Part shown: positions 60,152 through 64,000 of the stretch, piece by piece | Layout: each line of letters begins with the position of its first letter | Position numbering within the stretch: the first letter of the stretch is position 1 | Assembly: GCA_950097015.1 (NCBI GenBank) | Contig: CATNEN010000011.1 | Span: 1,612,001 to 1,676,000, forward strand | Length of the DNA: 64,000 nucleotides | Direction: 5' to 3' | Origin: Macrostomum hystrix | Lineage: Eukaryota; Animalia; Platyhelminthes | The notes under the pieces: model-generated | Told to the model about the DNA's origin: nothing | The model's database searches: none | The model's input: only the letters and a program-made list of their open reading frames with translations | Position numbers and translations under genes: made by a program

Positions 60152-61129
60152 GTTTTTAATTATTTAATTATTTTAATTATTTTAAGATTATGGCTACTAG
60201 ATCACTGTGAGTCCTAAGGTACATAACTAGTTTGCTAAGTCAAGAAATTCATAAAACAAAATCGATTTGAACTCACAAATCCTGAGTCCATTGGCGGCGG
60301 AGAATATGTACCTGTGCAGGCCTGACGCGACAACCTTGAAATGTTTTTTTTAATGAACAATTTTCTTGCTTTAAGAGACAATAAAAAATACGTTGAAATA
60401 TTTTAACATTGAGTGATTCAATGATTCCAATGAAAATGTAACACTTATTGTCACTAAATCTGCTACAATTGAAGTGAAATGGACTGACATAAGGTTGGCC
60501 TTGAGAACGGACAGAAATGGGACAATATTTTAGCGGGAGGAATCTAGATGCTAGTTTGAGAGGCCGAAAATGAGAACAGGGGGGTAGGACAGGATTTGGG
60601 GAGGTTGGGAGAAGTCTGAGGACACGCGGGGGATCAGTGCGAGCCCCGGGGGCCTCTCATTCTATTTCCCCGCTCGCTGTCCAAGGATCAGTCTAAAAAT
60701 TCAGAAAACGAGAAACGCAGGCATATGAATTTGATGCCGCTGCTGCCGCTGCTTCTGCTGCTGCTAATGTTGACGATGATTAGGGCTCAGTTCATGACAA
60801 GACACGCAAAACCTGACCAAGATTTTTTTTCTTATTTAATAAAAGCAGAAGAAGAATAAGGAGAAGATTTATACTTAAGAAAATGGCTGTTGTGTGTTTA
60901 AAAATACAACTACAGAACCCTACAGTGCCTACAATGTCATGCCAGTTAGTTAGTGCGAGTACAGGGGACAGCTTCTTCTAGCGCGAACTCCGCAAGAGAG
61001 TAAATACACAATGCTTTTTTTAATCCCAGAAATTTAGTCTGCAAATGATGATATTACAAAGGGATCATAAATGAAATAATTGCCCATAGTAAATGGGCAA
61101 TACTCGTAAATGCCCGTATTCTAAAGGGA

Positions 61130-61590
61130 TAATAGAATGGGATAATTGTCGATATCCTTTAGGGATCATGGGAAGGGATAGTTTTAGATATTATCCCCTG
61201 TAGGGATCATGAATGGGTTAACTGTCGATATCCTTAAAAGATCTTAGAATGGGATAAATTTCGATATTCTTCAGGGGATCATAGAATAGGATAAGTGTCG
61301 ATATTCTTCAGGGGATCATAGAATGGGATAATTGTCGATATTCTTTAGGGGATTATAGAATGGGATAATTGTCGATATTATTTAGGGGATCATAGAATGG
61401 GATAATTGTCGATATTCTTCAGGGGATCATAGAATGGGATAATTGTCGATATTCTTTAGGGGATTATAGAATGGGATAATTGTCGATATTCTTCAGGGGA
61501 TCATAGAATGGGATAATTGTCGATATTCTTTAGGGGATCATAGAATAGGATGAGTGTCGATATTATTTAGGGATCATAAGAATGGATAAC
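61130..61590. repeat. 37-bp minisatellite (GGGGATCATAGAATGGGATAATTGTCGATATTCTTTA)n, ~12 copies
   Basis: Tandem units read directly. Confidence 0.92.
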
Positions 61591-62586
61591 TGTGGATATT
61601 CTGTATAGATCTAATCCCTAAAAGATCAAATAATAGACAATTTCACCTGGAAATGTTTCCTGTATAATTCGCCCAGTAATTTTCGGCTGATGTCAATCAC
61701 TTCACGCCGGAATTCTTCTCACATTGAGAAGAACTTTTATTTGTCGTCGATTTGGCAACTAAACAAGCGATAGTCACTATTCTATGTGCGTGGGATTAGT
61801 CCCAGACACTAGTCGACTTGGGGCAAGGGATTTGGGACAAACAATAGCTCAGATGGACAGCCGGTGGGATTGTTCTGTCTAAAAAAACTTGGACAGAAGG
61901 AACTGAAATTTTAGACGCAGCTGCAAGTCAAGCCTACTATATTGCTTTCAAGCAGCAACAGCAGCAGCAGAAGCAGGAAGGGGTAGGCACAAGTGATACA
62001 GAGCAGGCGGAGGCTGAGGTGGGTCTGTTGGCTGCCAACCAGAGAGGCACTGCCCCGCTCTGCCGCAGTTCTTTAGGTTTCTGTCTCCAAGGGAGTTCTT
62101 CAACCAATCAGCGACACCCGACAAGGGCAGGCTGGAGACCAAGGACCAGAATGAATGGAATGGGGGAGTGCTAAACCATGATCTGGACTTTTTAACTTCA
62201 TTCTTTTATTATTTCACTACTTATTCGTCCTTGGGCCGAAGCAGCAGCTCCGGATTGGTCTAAGCTGACGGGAGACCAAATACTAAGAGAAATTCGTGCC
62301 AATTCAAAGTTGCTGCTTTTTTCGAATCATACTACTCGTGGGGCCATTGTAGGCATGTGAGACATTTTTTAAAGCTTGAGACCAGTTTATTGACAATTTT
62401 TTCATTTTTTAAGAGAATATGCATATATCTAGATTCTAATAGTAGAATGACCCCTTTCCAGCCGAGCGACTGATTGACAAGTACTTTGACCTCTCCCCCA
62501 AGAACGTTGACCTCTCTCCCAAGTACTTTGCCACATCCTCCAAGAATCCCACGTTTCACGATCGCAAATGAACTCCAAATTCTCAC

Positions 62587-62885
62587 CTGCTTGTGTGACA
62601 TCCGGCGAAGGTCACGTGCTTCGGCGAGCTCCGATTCGGCGGCGACAATAGCGATGACGTAGGCGACAACATCGAGCTTGTTCCGGGCGTCTGGGAGTCC
62701 ACCTGATAGACGCCCTGACCTCTGCCAAGGTTACTGCTGAAGGTCAAAGAGGCGGCAGCTTCTAGCTTCAACTGTTGGCCAGAGGTGCCGCAAAGTTGAC
62801 AACGGCCAAGACGATCCAGGTGGCGATGCTGACCGGATTCGATGCGCAACTGCTGAACAAGCCGCGCCGTTGGATTCTGCTGCTC
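62587..62885 (-). CDS. KIF26: Probable upstream exon of the KIF26 gene
   Basis: AG/GT-bounded open frame containing LVQQLRI...DRLGRCQLCGTSGQQLKLEAA. This resembles the recalled KIF26 N-terminal motif [20 protein letters not shown]. It ends in phase 2, so at least one unidentified exon must link it to 54897. Confidence 0.62.
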
Positions 62886-63124
62886 CTAGAAGGATTGGTC
62901 ATTGTTGGTGGTCATGCAGATATTGTTCGTTTCATTTATGTGTATCTCCTAAAATATCTAGAATCTAGAAGCATAAAACATTGGCATCGTCGAGATATTC
63001 AACGATTCTCGTCGAAGTGTCTGCAGGAAAAAGCCACAGAAAAAGCATGTAATTATGTCGGCTATTGTGGAATATATTGTATTAACAGAAGGACTACCAA
63101 GCCACTTTGCCGCCAGTTTTTATA

Positions 63125-63781
63125 CCAAGGGGGGGGGAATTTCCCCCTGACAATTTTTTTGCTGCACCCGAACGGAACAATGCAAGCACACGAAACTCAA
63201 GAACACGGGCCAACTTTTTGTTGCGCATCTTCTGAAACAAGAAACAACTTGCCAGCTCTTCAGACCGTCGAGATATTCAATTTTTCTGGCCGAAGGTCCG
63301 ATTTTTCCCATAAGAGCTAGTGTATTTCATACACCCCTATACACGAATTTGCACTGCGCCTCAGTGCGGCCTTTCCAGACCTTCAAACTTTATCAGCATG
63401 TCACCCGAATGTGCTTGCATCATCTCCGACTTCGGCGGTCACCGACCTTTATCTAGACGGAGCTGCTGGACCTTCAACAAGTGGCAACAGCCGACTATGG
63501 AGTCCCTAAAGCGAATTTCTCTAGTTTCGCTGATCAAGCCTCGACATTGGGCAACACTCAACTACTATACATGCTCCTCCAGTCCGTCAACCAATCAGTC
63601 ACCACCCCGACGCCGTCAGCACATTGAATGTCTCGACGGTCTGAAGAGCTGGCGACTTGTTTCTTGTTTCAGAAGATGCTCAACAAAAAGTTGGCCCGTG
63701 TTCTTGAGTTTCGTGTCCTTGCATTGTTCCGTTCGGGTGCAGCAAAAAAAATTGTATGGGAGGGGGGAATTCCCCCCTTGG
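63125..63781. mobile_element. Non-autonomous DNA transposon with ~165-bp TIRs and flanking TA (Tc1/mariner-like by TSD)
   Basis: 63125-63285 is the reverse complement of ~63620-63781 with a few mismatches. TA occurs at 63123-63124 and 63782-63783. No transposase is present. Confidence 0.82.
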
Positions 63782-64000
63782 TAGTTCTACTGTTAATTAT
63801 ATTGTTAATTTATACACTTTCCAACTAATATGGATTCGCCAGGGGGGAAATAGCGTGGTGTTTCTACTGTTTATAGTCTATGGTCTATAGTTCTATGGTC
63901 AAGGGAGGCTAGCAATAACATTAGTGCTCATGATAGATTTCTTCATTGTCTATGGCCAATGATTATAATTACATTGATGAAATTGTGGTCATTATTCTCT

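Noticed and set aside
61948-62290. Candidate linking exons for KIF26
   Set aside because: Acceptor-like sites exist, but I found no convincing donor giving the required phase 2 to phase 0 join and no recognisable motif.
62775-63784. ORFs 62775..63320 and 63320..63784 as genes, the latter similar to 27926..28126
   Set aside because: The similarity is at the DNA level within a TIR element family, and no protein motif is recognisable.

Overview
This is eukaryotic (animal) genomic DNA with GC-rich, polyQ-rich exons and AT-rich introns full of minisatellites. That architecture resembles the flatworm Macrostomum, but this is an inference only. Four spliced host genes can be reconstructed by eye: an ERK-type MAP kinase (+, 5' exon missing), a divergent Argonaute with an intact DEDH slicer tetrad and an RG/Q-rich N-terminus (+, 6 exons, 1129 aa), a Bicaudal-C homologue (+, 3 exons) and a KIF26-family kinesin (-, at least 8 exons). 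The Argonaute introns hold a stack of transposons. Intron 2 has a complete non-autonomous Helitron carrying a hAT MITE. The 9.3-kb last intron has a 5'-truncated RTE-group LINE, an internally deleted Ty3/Gypsy LTR element and a decayed tyrosine-recombinase gene apparently fused to a PWWP chromatin-reader domain. The recombinase gene may belong to a ~9.1-kb Crypton-like element bounded by short direct repeats at the 3' end of a tRNA-like sequence; this is the most novel-looking object in the window. About 18 minisatellite arrays, two tRNA-SINE families and several MITEs complete the picture. All homology calls come from motif recognition by eye, not database searches, and repeat boundaries are approximate unless a TSD is quoted.
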